DNA of 64,000 nt from Myxococcota bacterium (GTDB lineage: Bacteria > Myxococcota_A > UBA9160 > UBA6930): the NCBI GenBank assembly GCA_965223415.1, contig OZ245002.1, forward strand, positions 3,936,001-4,000,000, read 5' to 3'. The notes beneath the pieces were generated by a model. It did no database searches. It saw only the letters and a list, made by a program, of their open reading frames with translations, and was not told the origin of the DNA. How positions within the stretch are numbered: position 1 is the first letter of the stretch; each line of letters starts with the position of its first letter. Made by a program: the position numbers and the translations under genes. This document shows, piece by piece, positions 37,706 through 48,251 of this stretch.

Positions 37706-38692
37706 ATGCGCGCCGTCGTCGTTGACAACCCGGGCCGTGACTCCACGCTCCGCGTCGCCGAGGTGCCGGCGCCGGAGATCGGCGCCGGCGATGTCCGAGT
37801 GAGCGTCCACGCCTTCGCGCTGAACCGCGGCGATCTCCTCCAGCGCCAGGGCCTCTACCCCCCGCCGCCCGGCGCGTCTGAGATCATGGGCCTCGAGTGC
37901 GCCGGCGAGGTGATCGAGGTCGGCGCCGAGGTGCAGGCCTGGAAGCCCGGCGACCGGGTGATGGCGCTCCTCGCCGGCGGGGGCTACGCGGAGGAGGCCG
38001 TCGCCCCGGCTCCTTGTCTCATGCCGGTGCCCGAGCGGCTCTCCCTCACCGAGGCCGCGGCGATTCCCGAGGTCTTCCTCACCGTCCACCAGAACGTGTT
38101 CCAGCACGCCCGCCTCGCCGAGGGCGAGTGGCTGCTCGCCCACGGCGGCGCCAGCGGCATCGGCACCGCCGCCATCCAGCTGGCCAAGGAGGCCGGGGCG
38201 AAGGTGATCGTCACCGCCGGTGGCGACGACAAGTGCGCCCGCTGCCGGGAGCTCGGCGCGGACGTGGCGGTGAACTACCGCGAGGCCTCCTTCGCCGAGG
38301 CCGTGAAGGAGGCCACCGGGGGCCGTGGCGTGGACGTGGTGCTCGACCACATCGGCGCCGACTACCTCGCCGACAACCTGGCGAGTCTCGCCCCGGACGG
38401 ACGCATGGTGCTGATCGGGCTGATGAGCGGCGCCAGGACCGAGATCAACCTCGGGCTCGTCGTGGGCAAGCGGCTCACGATCCAGGGCTCGACGCTGCGG
38501 GCCCGCAGCGTGCCCGACAAGGGAGCGCTGGTCGACGCCTTCCGCGAGCGCTTCGGCGCGGCCCTGGAGGAGGGCCGGATCGGCCCCGTGATCGACCGGG
38601 TGCTGCCCATGGCCGGGATCGAGCAGGCCCACGCCCACATGCGGGCCAGCGGGCACGTCGGCAAGATCGTGCTCGAGGTCTCGGGCGATTGA
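37706..38692 (+). CDS. NAD(P)H-quinone oxidoreductase (PIG3-like)
   Basis: LNRGDLLQRQGLYPPPPG, GLECAG, HGGASGIG, GKIVL. Confidence 0.92.
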   Translation: MRAVVVDNPGRDSTLRVAEVPAPEIGAGDVRVSVHAFALNRGDLLQRQGLYPPPPGASEIMGLECAGEVIEVGAEVQAWKPGDRVMALLAGGGYAEEAVAPAPCLMPVPERLSLTEAAAIPEVFLTVHQNVFQHARLAEGEWLLAHGGASGIGTAAIQLAKEAGAKVIVTAGGDDKCARCRELGADVAVNYREASFAEAVKEATGGRGVDVVLDHIGADYLADNLASLAPDGRMVLIGLMSGARTEINLGLVVGKRLTIQGSTLRARSVPDKGALVDAFRERFGAALEEGRIGPVIDRVLPMAGIEQAHAHMRASGHVGKIVLEVSGD

Positions 38693-38712
38693 GGCTGAGC
38701 GCCCCGGAAGAC

Positions 38713-38830
38713 GGAACAAGCGTTCCCTTCCCGCGGAAGCGTCGTTCCCTCGCGGCGCCGGCGGCCTCTCCAAGCCCGCTAGAAGATCAGCGACTTGCAG
38801 CCGCCGCGCGGGCTGGCACGCTGCTTGCAT
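38713..38830 (+). promoter_or_regulatory. Sigma-54 promoter with IHF-like site and two candidate activator sites
   Basis: TGGCACG-N4-TTGCA at 38814-38829; GATCAG-N4-TTG at 38785-38797; GGAA(C/G)-N4-GTTCC at 38713 and 38735. Confidence 0.75.
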
Positions 38831-38866
38831 TAGGTCTCGCCGCGGGGCGATCTCGGAGGTGTATCC

Positions 38867-39379
38867 ATGCGCGTGTCCGTCCTCGCAGCCTTCGTGCTCG
38901 GCTGCGCTCTGCTCGGCGCTCCGACCGCGGGCTCCGCGGCGATCATCCAGCTGGCGGCCACGATCGACGGTGCTCAGGCCAACGCGGGCGCGGGGACGGG
39001 CTCCCCGGGAACGGGCAGCGCCACGCTGACCTTCGATGACCAGACGAACCTGCTGAGCTGGTCCGGCAGCTTCACCGGACTGCTCGACGATTACACCCTG
39101 TCCCACTTCCACGGGCCGGCGCTTCCCAGCCAGAACGCCGGTGTGACCGTGGGGTTCAGCGTCGTGTTGAACCCCGACAATCGCTCCGGCACATTCAACG
39201 GCGGTGCCACGCTCAGTGCAGGCCAGGCCGCGGACCTTCTGAACGGGCTCTGGTACATCAACATCCACAGTCAATTCGCTCTCGGCGGCGAGATCCGCGG
39301 CCAGGTCCTCGTGCCCGAGCCCGGGCTTGGGGCCCTGCTGCTCTTCGGCCTGGCTTCGCTCCTGCGCCGCCGCGCCTGA
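38867..39379 (+). CDS. CHRD-domain PEP-CTERM protein
   Basis: Signal peptide, SHFHGPA, WYINIHS..GGEIRGQV, VPEP-TM-RRR. Confidence 0.9.
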   Translation: MRVSVLAAFVLGCALLGAPTAGSAAIIQLAATIDGAQANAGAGTGSPGTGSATLTFDDQTNLLSWSGSFTGLLDDYTLSHFHGPALPSQNAGVTVGFSVVLNPDNRSGTFNGGATLSAGQAADLLNGLWYINIHSQFALGGEIRGQVLVPEPGLGALLLFGLASLLRRRA

Positions 39380-39471
39380 CGCCGCGCGCCTCGCTCCTGC
39401 TGGAAGTTTGCCCGGGCGACGGCTAACGTCCCGCGCCTTCGCCCCCGCCAACGAAACGCCAGGAGGGCCCC

Positions 39472-39909
39472 GTGGCCGTCGAGCGAACCCTGTCCATCGT
39501 GAAGCCCGATGCGGTCGCCAAGGGCGCGACCGGCGAGATCCTGCGCCGCTTCGAGGAGGCCGGCCTTCAGCTCCTCGCGATCAAGAAGCTCCGACTCGAC
39601 GAGGAGCTGGCCCGCGGCTTCTACGTGGTGCACAAGGAGCGGCCCTTCTTCGGCGACCTGGTCAAGTTCATGACCTCGGGCCCGGTGGTGGTGAGCGTGC
39701 TCGAGGGCGAGGGCGCCATCGCGAAGAACCGGGAGCTGATGGGGCCCACGAACTCCACCGAGGCCGAGCCGGGCACGATCCGCGGCGACTTCGGCACCGA
39801 CATCGAGAAGAACGCCGTCCACGGCAGCGACGCGCCGGAGACCGCGAAGATCGAGATCTCCTACTTCTTCAACGCCAGCGAGATCGCAGGGCCGTGCGAG
39901 GCGCTCTGA
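39472..39909 (+). CDS. ndk: Nucleoside-diphosphate kinase
   Basis: [27 protein letters not shown]. Confidence 0.97.
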   Translation: MAVERTLSIVKPDAVAKGATGEILRRFEEAGLQLLAIKKLRLDEELARGFYVVHKERPFFGDLVKFMTSGPVVVSVLEGEGAIAKNRELMGPTNSTEAEPGTIRGDFGTDIEKNAVHGSDAPETAKIEISYFFNASEIAGPCEAL

Positions 39910-40124
39910 GCATGGTCCTGGCGGCCGGGCTCGCCCTGGGCGCCGCCGGCTGTCGCGAGGAAGGCCCGGCCGAGAAGGCGGGCAAGAAGCTCGACGAGGT
40001 CGTCGACCGGGTGCGCCACGGCGACGAGGGCGCGCTGGAGAAGGCCGGACGCAAGCTCGACGAGGCGGTCGACGAGGTGGGCGAGGCCCTCGAGGATCTC
40101 GGCGAGGAGATCCAGGATCGCTGA
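39894..40124 (+). CDS. Small lipoprotein
   Basis: LALGAAGC lipobox followed by repeated EKAG(K/R)KLDE.VD helices. Confidence 0.65.
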   Translation: MRGALSMVLAAGLALGAAGCREEGPAEKAGKKLDEVVDRVRHGDEGALEKAGRKLDEAVDEVGEALEDLGEEIQDR

Positions 40125-40141
40125 GCCCGGTGCGCCTGGAA

Positions 40142-40228
40142 TCAGGCGTAGCCCCTCGCGATGAGCAGGATCAGGCCCACGTAGGCCACGGTGAGCCAGA
40201 GTCCGTGGCTCTTGATCGCTTGCTTCAC
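40142..40228 (-). CDS. Candidate 28-aa single-TM small protein
   Basis: MKQAIKSHGLWLTVAYVGLILLIARGYA; GTG start with a G-rich SD-like run upstream. Confidence 0.4.
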   Translation of the reverse strand: MKQAIKSHGLWLTVAYVGLILLIARGYA

Positions 40229-40335
40229 GACGTCCCCCCGGTGCGTCCGTTCCCCGCGCCGCCTTCCACTCGTTTCGAACGAACCGGCGCAGACTTGAGG
40301 AATAGCGAATGGGATTCGCCGTGGCGTGACGAAGC

Positions 40336-40761
40336 TCACGGCTCCGAGGGGGGCTCGCGCAATCCGTCCAGGCGCTTCTGCTGCACCGGCGTGAGATCCC
40401 GCTTGATCCGGGCCAGCAGCCGCAGGTGGGCGAGCTTGATCCGGGCTTCGTAACGGAAGACCTGCTCGGCGGTGGCGACCAGGGCCTCCTCGTCGGCCTG
40501 CCGGGCCGCTTCTTCCAACCCCTGCATGGCGTCCTGCACTTCCCACTGGATCTCGAGCACCTCGTCCTGGGTGGCACGGACCGCTTTGGTGATGGCCCGG
40601 CGCTGATCGGTGCTGAGCTGGATCTCCCGGGCGAAGCGCATCACCACGTCCGGCGGGTAGAGGTGGCGCATGAAGGCGGGCTCGGGCTCCTCGGCCGCGC
40701 CGGCTCGGGGGGCGAGCAGGCCGGTCAGCAGGAGCAGGATGAGGGTGGCGCTGCGGGTCAT
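40336..40761 (-). CDS. Periplasmic Spy/CpxP-like protein
   Basis: Signal peptide, LSTDQRRAI, LTPVQQKRL (LTxxQ motif); AAAGGAG upstream. Confidence 0.75.
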   Translation of the reverse strand: MTRSATLILLLLTGLLAPRAGAAEEPEPAFMRHLYPPDVVMRFAREIQLSTDQRRAITKAVRATQDEVLEIQWEVQDAMQGLEEAARQADEEALVATAEQVFRYEARIKLAHLRLLARIKRDLTPVQQKRLDGLREPPSEP

Positions 40762-41114
40762 CGGGGTTCTCCTTTCGGGGCGAGGTCGCCGATCAGGCCG
40801 GCAGTGGGGTCGACCATGGCGGGCTCCAGGAGCCAGGCGCCGGGGGTCTCGAGCAGGAAGTCGGTGGGGGCGTGCCAGGCGAGCTGGAGCGGGGGGGCGG
40901 GGTCCGGGCCGTCGGCCCAGAGGAGGAGGCCCGCCGCGGCGGCGGCCGCCGCTCCTGCGAGCCAGGGCCCCCATCGCAAGGGGGCGGGGGCCGTCCTCGC
41001 CTCCGGGGTCGGATGCGCCGGCAGGGCGCTCCGGTCCTCCCGCCGGAGCGTCTCGAAGGCACTCTCCAGCTCCCGTTCGAAGCCGTCGTCAGGTCGCTCG
41101 TCGTGCGTGCTCAA
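40758..41114 (-). CDS. Putative anti-sigma factor (single TM)
   Basis: Lies between the ECF sigma and CpxP-like genes; one TM; WHAPTDFLL. Confidence 0.6.
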   Translation of the reverse strand: MSTHDERPDDGFERELESAFETLRREDRSALPAHPTPEARTAPAPLRWGPWLAGAAAAAAAGLLLWADGPDPAPPLQLAWHAPTDFLLETPGAWLLEPAMVDPTAGLIGDLAPKGEPR

Positions 41115-41616
41115 GGCCGCGATCCTCCAGAAGGGTGCGCAGGCGGCGTTTGCCCCGGGCGTAGTGGACCCGGGCGGAGCCCAGGCCGATGCCCAGGGTG
41201 CGGGAGGCCTCCTCGATGCTCAGGCCGGTGTAGAAGACCAGGTGGAGCACCTCCCGCTGGCGCGGGGACAGCTCGCCCAGGGCCGCGATCAGGGCCCGGC
41301 TGGTCTCCCCGCGCACGATCTCGCCCTCCGCGCCCGGCACGCCCGGTGGCGTCTCCCGCTCGCGGACGAAGCGGCCGAACAGGAGCCGCCGGGCCCCGGC
41401 CCGCCGCCGGCGCTCCGCAGCGACGCGGCGGATCACCCCGAACCACCAGGTCCGCAGGCTCGACCTCCCCCCGAAGCGGGCCCGGCCGTCGAGCACCCGC
41501 AGGTACGCCTGCTGGAGCACCTCCTGGGCCTCGTCCCCGTCGAAGCGGCAGCAGGCCAGGGCCCAGCCCCAGGCGGCTTCGTGGTGACCGACGAGCTCCC
41601 GGGCGGGGGACGTCAC
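41089..41616 (-). CDS. ECF sigma factor
   Basis: AQEVLQQAY, FGGRSSLRTW, LSPRQREVL..LSIEEA..LGI.LGS..HY.RG; GTGA overlap with the upstream gene. Confidence 0.85.
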   Translation of the reverse strand: MTSPARELVGHHEAAWGWALACCRFDGDEAQEVLQQAYLRVLDGRARFGGRSSLRTWWFGVIRRVAAERRRRAGARRLLFGRFVRERETPPGVPGAEGEIVRGETSRALIAALGELSPRQREVLHLVFYTGLSIEEASRTLGIGLGSARVHYARGKRRLRTLLEDRGLEHARRAT

Positions 41617-42798
41617 CCAACGGCACTCCGCCACCGCCGCGCCAGGCCGGCCAGGGCGAGGGCTCCGAGCCAGGCCGCCTGGGGCTCCGGAACCGGCAGC
41701 GCCGCCCCGGTCTGGCGGATGTGGAAGAGGCTCGGGAGGTCCGCCAGCACGAGCTGGTTCACCAGCAGCCCGCCTGCCGTGTTGCCCTCGTGGTAGTCGG
41801 CCTGGCCCCCGCCCACGTCGTTGTCGTAGCCGCCGTCCGGCAGGACGTGGGCGAGCACCACCGGGGCACCGCTGGCGTCCCGCACGAGGGTGCCCGCGGC
41901 CAGGTCGGCGAACTCGAACACCAGGGTGCCGTTCCGCTTCCGGGTCGGCGAGCCGGGGGAGGCGAGCAGGAAGGTCCGGCCTCCCTGCCGGGCGATGCTC
42001 GTCCCGTCGAAGTCCGTGTAGCCGAGCAGGCTCGCGTCCTGGCTGGAGAGCGCGGCCCCGACGAAGCGCCAGCTCCCGGCGTGGTCGTCGGAGGCGACCA
42101 TCACGATCTGGTCCGAGCCGCTCTGCACCAGCCCGGTGAGCGAGACGTAGAGGGTGCCGCCCTTCGCGATGGCGCCGGGCTCCGAGTAGAGGAGCAGGTG
42201 ACCGAGGCTCGCGTCGAGGCCGCTCACGTTCACCTGCGCCGAGCCGCTATCCGGAAGAGGGATCGCGCCCTGGAAGAGGGCGACCTCCGGCGACCAGCTC
42301 CCGGCCGGGTCACTGGCGGTGCGGTAACCGATCCAGCTCGCCGCCGGCACCTGCCTTGAGGTGCCGTTGGGCAGCAGCTCCCGGAAGATCCGGTGATAGA
42401 AGAGCTTCCAGGGCGCCGCCGCGTCGGTGGGATCGTGGACCAGGCTCGGGACCTCGTAGTTCCACTGGCCGTGGACGACCTTGCCGTCGGCCAGGGTGAC
42501 GGTGGTGGGTGGTGGGCGCCGACGAGGGGTTGATGGGCTGGACGAAGCTCCAGCTGGCTCCGCCGTCCTGGCTCTTCGCCAGGTGGGTCTGGACGTTCGG
42601 GCCGAAGGGGAGCTCCGGGCCGGACACCGCCGAGTAGGCGAGCCAGCCGGTGCCGCCGACCGAGGCGTACTCGACGCTGGGGTCGTAGATGCCGCCGTTC
42701 CCCTTCTCCCCCGCGACCGTGACGTCGGCGAGGGGCAGGGCGGCGGCCGCGGCGGCGAGGGCCAGGACGAGGGGCAGGAGCAGGGATGCGGGTCGCAC
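41613..42798 (-). pseudogene. Frameshifted Asp-box (sialidase-like) PEP-CTERM protein
   Basis: Signal peptide and SQDGGASW in one frame; SDDHAGSW and VPEP-TM-RR in another. They join cleanly if one GGTGGTG copy at 42501-42514 is removed. Confidence 0.8.
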
Positions 42799-42880
42799 GG
42801 TGTCCTCCGGACTCCCCTTCCTTCGGTCCATGAGTGACCTGGGGGCTCCGGACATAGGACGGGCCGGTGCGGAAGTCGTG

Positions 42881-43693
42881 CTAGGGCCCCTCGAAGCGCG
42901 GCGGCCGCTTCTCCCGCGCCGCCGCCAGGCCCTCGGCCAGGTCGGCGCCCTCGTAGCAGAGGCTCTGCTCGTGGGCCTCCGTGGCGAGCTGCTCGTCCAG
43001 GCGGGCGGTGGGGGTGGCTGCCAGGGAGCGCTTCGTGCCGCGGACGGCCAGGGGCGAGGCCTGGGCGATGGCCACGGCCACGGCCCGGGCCTCCGGCAGC
43101 ACCTGGTCCCGGGGGACGCTGCGGTTCACCATGCCGATGCGCGCAGCCTCGGGGCCGTCGACCAGCCGGCCCGTGAAGAGCAGCTCGGCGGCGTGGGCCG
43201 GGCCGACCAGGCGTGGGAGGGTCCAGGTGGCCGCCATTCCCGGGTGGATGCCCAGGCGGGTGAAATTGAGGCCGAGCTTCGCCTCGTCGGCCGCGATGCG
43301 CAGGTCGCAGGCCAGCCCGACGCAGCAGCCGGCGCCGATGGCGTGGCCGTTCACGGCGGCGATCGTCGGCTGGGGCAGGTCGCGCACCGAGAGGTAGAGC
43401 CCGTAGAAGCGCCGCATGAAGTCGCGGTTCGCTGCGCGGGTGGCGCCGCCCGGGTCGGCCCGGCCCGCGGCGCCCATGCGGTCGATCATGTCGAGATCGC
43501 CGCCGGCGGAGAAGGCGCGGCCGGCGCCGGTGAGGATCACCGCCCGCAGGTCGTCCTGCTTGGCGAGGCCCGCCATCTCTGCCGAGATCGCCTCGCCCAT
43601 CGCCTCGGTCATCGCGTTGAGCCGGTCCGGATCGTTGAACGTGACCGTCGCAACGCCGCCGTCGCGCTCCACCAACAGAAGGGGCTCCGTCAT
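42881..43693 (-). CDS. Enoyl-CoA hydratase/isomerase family protein
   Basis: AFSAGGDL, PTIAAVNGHAIGAG, REKRPPRF. Confidence 0.9.
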   Translation of the reverse strand: MTEPLLLVERDGGVATVTFNDPDRLNAMTEAMGEAISAEMAGLAKQDDLRAVILTGAGRAFSAGGDLDMIDRMGAAGRADPGGATRAANRDFMRRFYGLYLSVRDLPQPTIAAVNGHAIGAGCCVGLACDLRIAADEAKLGLNFTRLGIHPGMAATWTLPRLVGPAHAAELLFTGRLVDGPEAARIGMVNRSVPRDQVLPEARAVAVAIAQASPLAVRGTKRSLAATPTARLDEQLATEAHEQSLCYEGADLAEGLAAAREKRPPRFEGP

Positions 43694-43739
43694 GCCCGTA
43701 GGCTGACGGAGCCCCTCGGTTCGGGCAATGGACGCCGAC

Positions 43740-45098
<1,359 letters not shown>

Positions 45099-45185
45099 CT
45101 TCACCCCCCTTGTGGGCGCCATCCTAGCGGGAACTTTCCCGAGAGGAAACGCCCATTTAGCTCAAAAGTTGCGAGTCCGTGGGCT

Positions 45186-46421
45186 CTACTCGAACTCCCC
45201 GTAGAACCAGTCCCGCATGCGCTGCTTCACGCGCCGGAAGATCGAGTCGTCCCGGATCCGGAAGCGGCTCGGATGGCGGCCGATACGGGCGTGGCCGAAC
45301 AGCACGAGGCCCACGCCGGTCGCGTACATCGGGCTGCGCACCACGTCCTGCAGGCCGCCCACGTGGGTGGGCTGGCCCTGGCGCACCGGCGATTCGAAGA
45401 TCTCCTCGGCCAGGTCGGTGGCGCCGGTGAGCGCCGACGCGCCGCCGGTCAGCACCACGCCGGACGGGATGCGGTCCTCGAGGCCGGCCCGCACCAGCTC
45501 CTGCCGCGCCAGCGACAGGATCTCGTCGATGCGCGGCTCGATGATCTCGCACAGGATCTTGCGCGAAACCTCCCGCGGCCGGCGCCCCCCGACGCTCGGC
45601 ACCGTGAGCACGTCGTCGGCGCCCAGGTAGCGCGCCGACGCCACGCCGAAGCGCTTCTTGATGCGCTCGGCCTCGTCGAAGGGCGTGCGCAGCCCCACCG
45701 CGATGTCGTTGGTGATGTGGTAGCCGCCGAGGGACAGCACCGAGGTGTGTTTGATCGAGCCCTCGGAGAACACCGCGATGTCGGTGGTGCCGCCTCCGAT
45801 GTCGATCAGGCACACGCCCAGGTCCCGCTCGTCGCCGGCCAGCACGGCCTCCGCCGAGGCCAGGGGCTCGAGCACGATGTCCACCACGTTCAGGCCGGCC
45901 TTGTTGGCGCACTTCACGATGTTCTGGGCGCTGGTCACAGCCGCCGTCACGATGTGGATCTTCGCCTCGAGCCGCACGCCGCTCATGCCGAGCGGCTCCC
46001 GGATGCCGTCCTGGTCGTCGATGATGAACTCCTGGGGGATCACGTGGATCACCTCCCGGTCCATCGGGATGGCCACGGCCTTGGCGGCGTCGATCACCCG
46101 ACGCACGTCGTTGTCGGAGACCTCCCGGTCCTTCACCGCCACGACGCCGTGGGAGTTGAGCCCGTCGATGTGGCCGCCGGCGATTCCGGCGTAGACCGAC
46201 GAGATCTCGCAGTCGGCCATCAGCTCCGCCTCTTCGACGGCGTGCTTGATCGACTCCACGGTGGCGTCGATGTCGACCACCACCCCCTTGCGCAGGCCCT
46301 TGGACGGGTGGGTTCCGATACCCACCACGTCCACTCCGGTCTCGGTTCGTTCTGCGACGATCGCGCAGATCTTGGTGGTCCCGATGTCGAGACCGACGAT
46401 CAGGTCGTCCTTGCGTGCCAT
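45186..46421 (-). CDS. ftsA: Cell division protein FtsA
   Basis: GLDIGTTKI, DIGGGTTD, C-terminal amphipathic helix. Confidence 0.98.
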   Translation of the reverse strand: MARKDDLIVGLDIGTTKICAIVAERTETGVDVVGIGTHPSKGLRKGVVVDIDATVESIKHAVEEAELMADCEISSVYAGIAGGHIDGLNSHGVVAVKDREVSDNDVRRVIDAAKAVAIPMDREVIHVIPQEFIIDDQDGIREPLGMSGVRLEAKIHIVTAAVTSAQNIVKCANKAGLNVVDIVLEPLASAEAVLAGDERDLGVCLIDIGGGTTDIAVFSEGSIKHTSVLSLGGYHITNDIAVGLRTPFDEAERIKKRFGVASARYLGADDVLTVPSVGGRRPREVSRKILCEIIEPRIDEILSLARQELVRAGLEDRIPSGVVLTGGASALTGATDLAEEIFESPVRQGQPTHVGGLQDVVRSPMYATGVGLVLFGHARIGRHPSRFRIRDDSIFRRVKQRMRDWFYGEFE

Positions 46422-46436
46422 GTCCGTGCTCCCCCC

Positions 46437-47258
46437 TTAGGCTCCCGAGCCCAGCGGCCGGTCGCGTTCTTCGGCCGTGTCCGCCACGGCCTCCTCTTCC
46501 TGCGGGCGCAGAATCACGCGCCCGCCGAAACGCAGGTCCAGTCGCGCGGCCTCCCGCGCCTGACGCAGGTCGGCCTGCATCAGGCGCGCGAGCCGCGCCA
46601 GCTTCGGTTCCAGGCGGCCTGGGCCGAGCACCACCCGCTGCAGGCCGCCGCCGCGCCGCCAGGTGAAGGCCGGTCGCGTGCCCTCGTCGTCGGCGCCCAG
46701 CTCCACGTGCAGGGGCGCCGGCAGGCCCTCTCGCGCCAGGGCGTCGAGGATCTGGATGCCCAGCACCAGGTCCGGATCCGGCGCATCCGGCCGCCCAGCG
46801 CGGGCGCCGCGCAGCTCCGGGATGCCGCCGGCCGCCGGCGCCGGGGCGAAGGCCACGCCGCTGCCGTCGACGAAGGTCATGCCCTCCGCCGTGCGCAGCA
46901 GGGCCCGGGGCGTTCGCTCCTCCACGCCCACGAGCAGGCGTCGCGGCGGGAGCGCCGTGACTCGCGCGCTGGCGATCCACGGATGGCTCGCGATGCGCCG
47001 GCGCACCCCCTCCAGGTCGACCCTGCCCAGCGGTGTGCCAGGCACGATGCCGGCCAGGGCCGCCAGCTCGCCCGGCGCCACGCGCAGGTTGCCCGAGAGC
47101 TCGAGTGTGGCCACGGCGCTGCGTTCCGGTGCCACGCGGCTCACGAGCTGGTGCCAGCCGAACACGCCCACCGCTACGCCCGTGAGGGCCGCCGCCAGCC
47201 AGGTGAGCCAACGCCCGGCCCGCCGGGCCCGGCTGCTGAAGCGTCGTCGGGACTTCAT
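46437..47258 (-). CDS. ftsQ: Cell division protein FtsQ/DivIB
   Basis: TM plus POTRA (PWIASARV...VEER), LDLRF; position in the cluster. Confidence 0.9.
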   Translation of the reverse strand: MKSRRRFSSRARRAGRWLTWLAAALTGVAVGVFGWHQLVSRVAPERSAVATLELSGNLRVAPGELAALAGIVPGTPLGRVDLEGVRRRIASHPWIASARVTALPPRRLLVGVEERTPRALLRTAEGMTFVDGSGVAFAPAPAAGGIPELRGARAGRPDAPDPDLVLGIQILDALAREGLPAPLHVELGADDEGTRPAFTWRRGGGLQRVVLGPGRLEPKLARLARLMQADLRQAREAARLDLRFGGRVILRPQEEEAVADTAEERDRPLGSGA

Positions 47259-47334
47259 CGGGATGTCCTCCCCCGGGTTCGTCGGCTGGACTTCATGCGT
47301 GTGTCCTCCCCAGGACCGGTCGTCGGGACTTCAT
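47243..47334 (-). repeat. Degenerate 38-bp triple repeat encoding two chained 13-aa mini-ORFs (47293-47334 and 47255-47296)
   Basis: GGACTTCAT ends at 47258, 47296 and 47334. Translations are MKSRRPVLGRTHA and MKSSRRTRGRTSR, each joined by ATGA. Confidence 0.85.
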
Positions 47335-48251
47335 GAAGGTGTCCTTCCGAGGATCTGGACCTCGGCTTCCAGCTCGATGCCGGTGCTGCGCTTCACCTCC
47401 GCGCGGGCGCGCTCGATCAGCGCCAGCACGTCGGCCGCGCGGGCGTCGCCGGTGTTGACGATGAAGTTCGCGTGGACTGGCGAGATCACGGCGCCGCCGA
47501 CCCGGGCTCCCTTCAGGCCCGCCCCCTCGATCAGCTGGCCGGCGAAGCCGCCGGGCGGGTTCTTGAACACGGAGCCGCAGGAGGGCACGTCGAGGGGCTG
47601 GGTAGCCGCGCGATGGGCCAGCAGCCGATCCACCTCCGCGCCCACTTCCTCCGCCGTCGCCGGCTTCACGGCGAGGAGTGCCGAGACCACGACCGTCCCG
47701 GGCGCGAGACCGCGCAGGGCCCGGTAGGCGAAGTCCAGCTCGACCCGCGGTACGCTCCGCGGCGCGCCGCCGGCCGGGCCGATCACCTCGACCTCGTCCA
47801 CGACGTCCTTCGCCTCCCGGGTCCCGATGCCCGCGTTCATCGCCACCCAGCCGCCCAGGCTGCCTGGGATGCCGGCGCCGAACTCGAGCCCCGAGAGGCC
47901 GCGCTCGCGGCAGAAACGCGTCAGGCTCGCGTGGCTGACCCCGGCCTCGGCGAAGACCCGCGGGCCCGGGCGCTCCTCCAGCCGGCGGAAGCGGGAGAGC
48001 TGGATCAGCACGCCGTCGAAGCCGTCGTCTTGCACGAGCACGTTGAAGCCACGCCCGATCACTCGCTGGCGAAGGCCATGGGCGTGGCAGACGGTGAGCA
48101 GGCGGCCCAGGGCTTCGCGGTCGTCGGGGACGGCGAGGGCATCCGCCGGGCCGCCCACGCGCAGGGAGGTGAGGCGGCTCGTGTCCGCGTCGAAGCGCAC
48201 GGCGTCGCCCAGGGCTTCGCGGAGGGCCTCGCGGGCCGCGGCGCCGATCAC
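47331..48251 (-). CDS. murB: UDP-N-acetylmuramate dehydrogenase
   Basis: RVGGPAD, GIPGSLGG..MNAG, SCGSVFKNP, HANFIVN. Confidence 0.95.
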   Translation of the reverse strand: MIGAAAREALREALGDAVRFDADTSRLTSLRVGGPADALAVPDDREALGRLLTVCHAHGLRQRVIGRGFNVLVQDDGFDGVLIQLSRFRRLEERPGPRVFAEAGVSHASLTRFCRERGLSGLEFGAGIPGSLGGWVAMNAGIGTREAKDVVDEVEVIGPAGGAPRSVPRVELDFAYRALRGLAPGTVVVSALLAVKPATAEEVGAEVDRLLAHRAATQPLDVPSCGSVFKNPPGGFAGQLIEGAGLKGARVGGAVISPVHANFIVNTGDARAADVLALIERARAEVKRSTGIELEAEVQILGRTPS

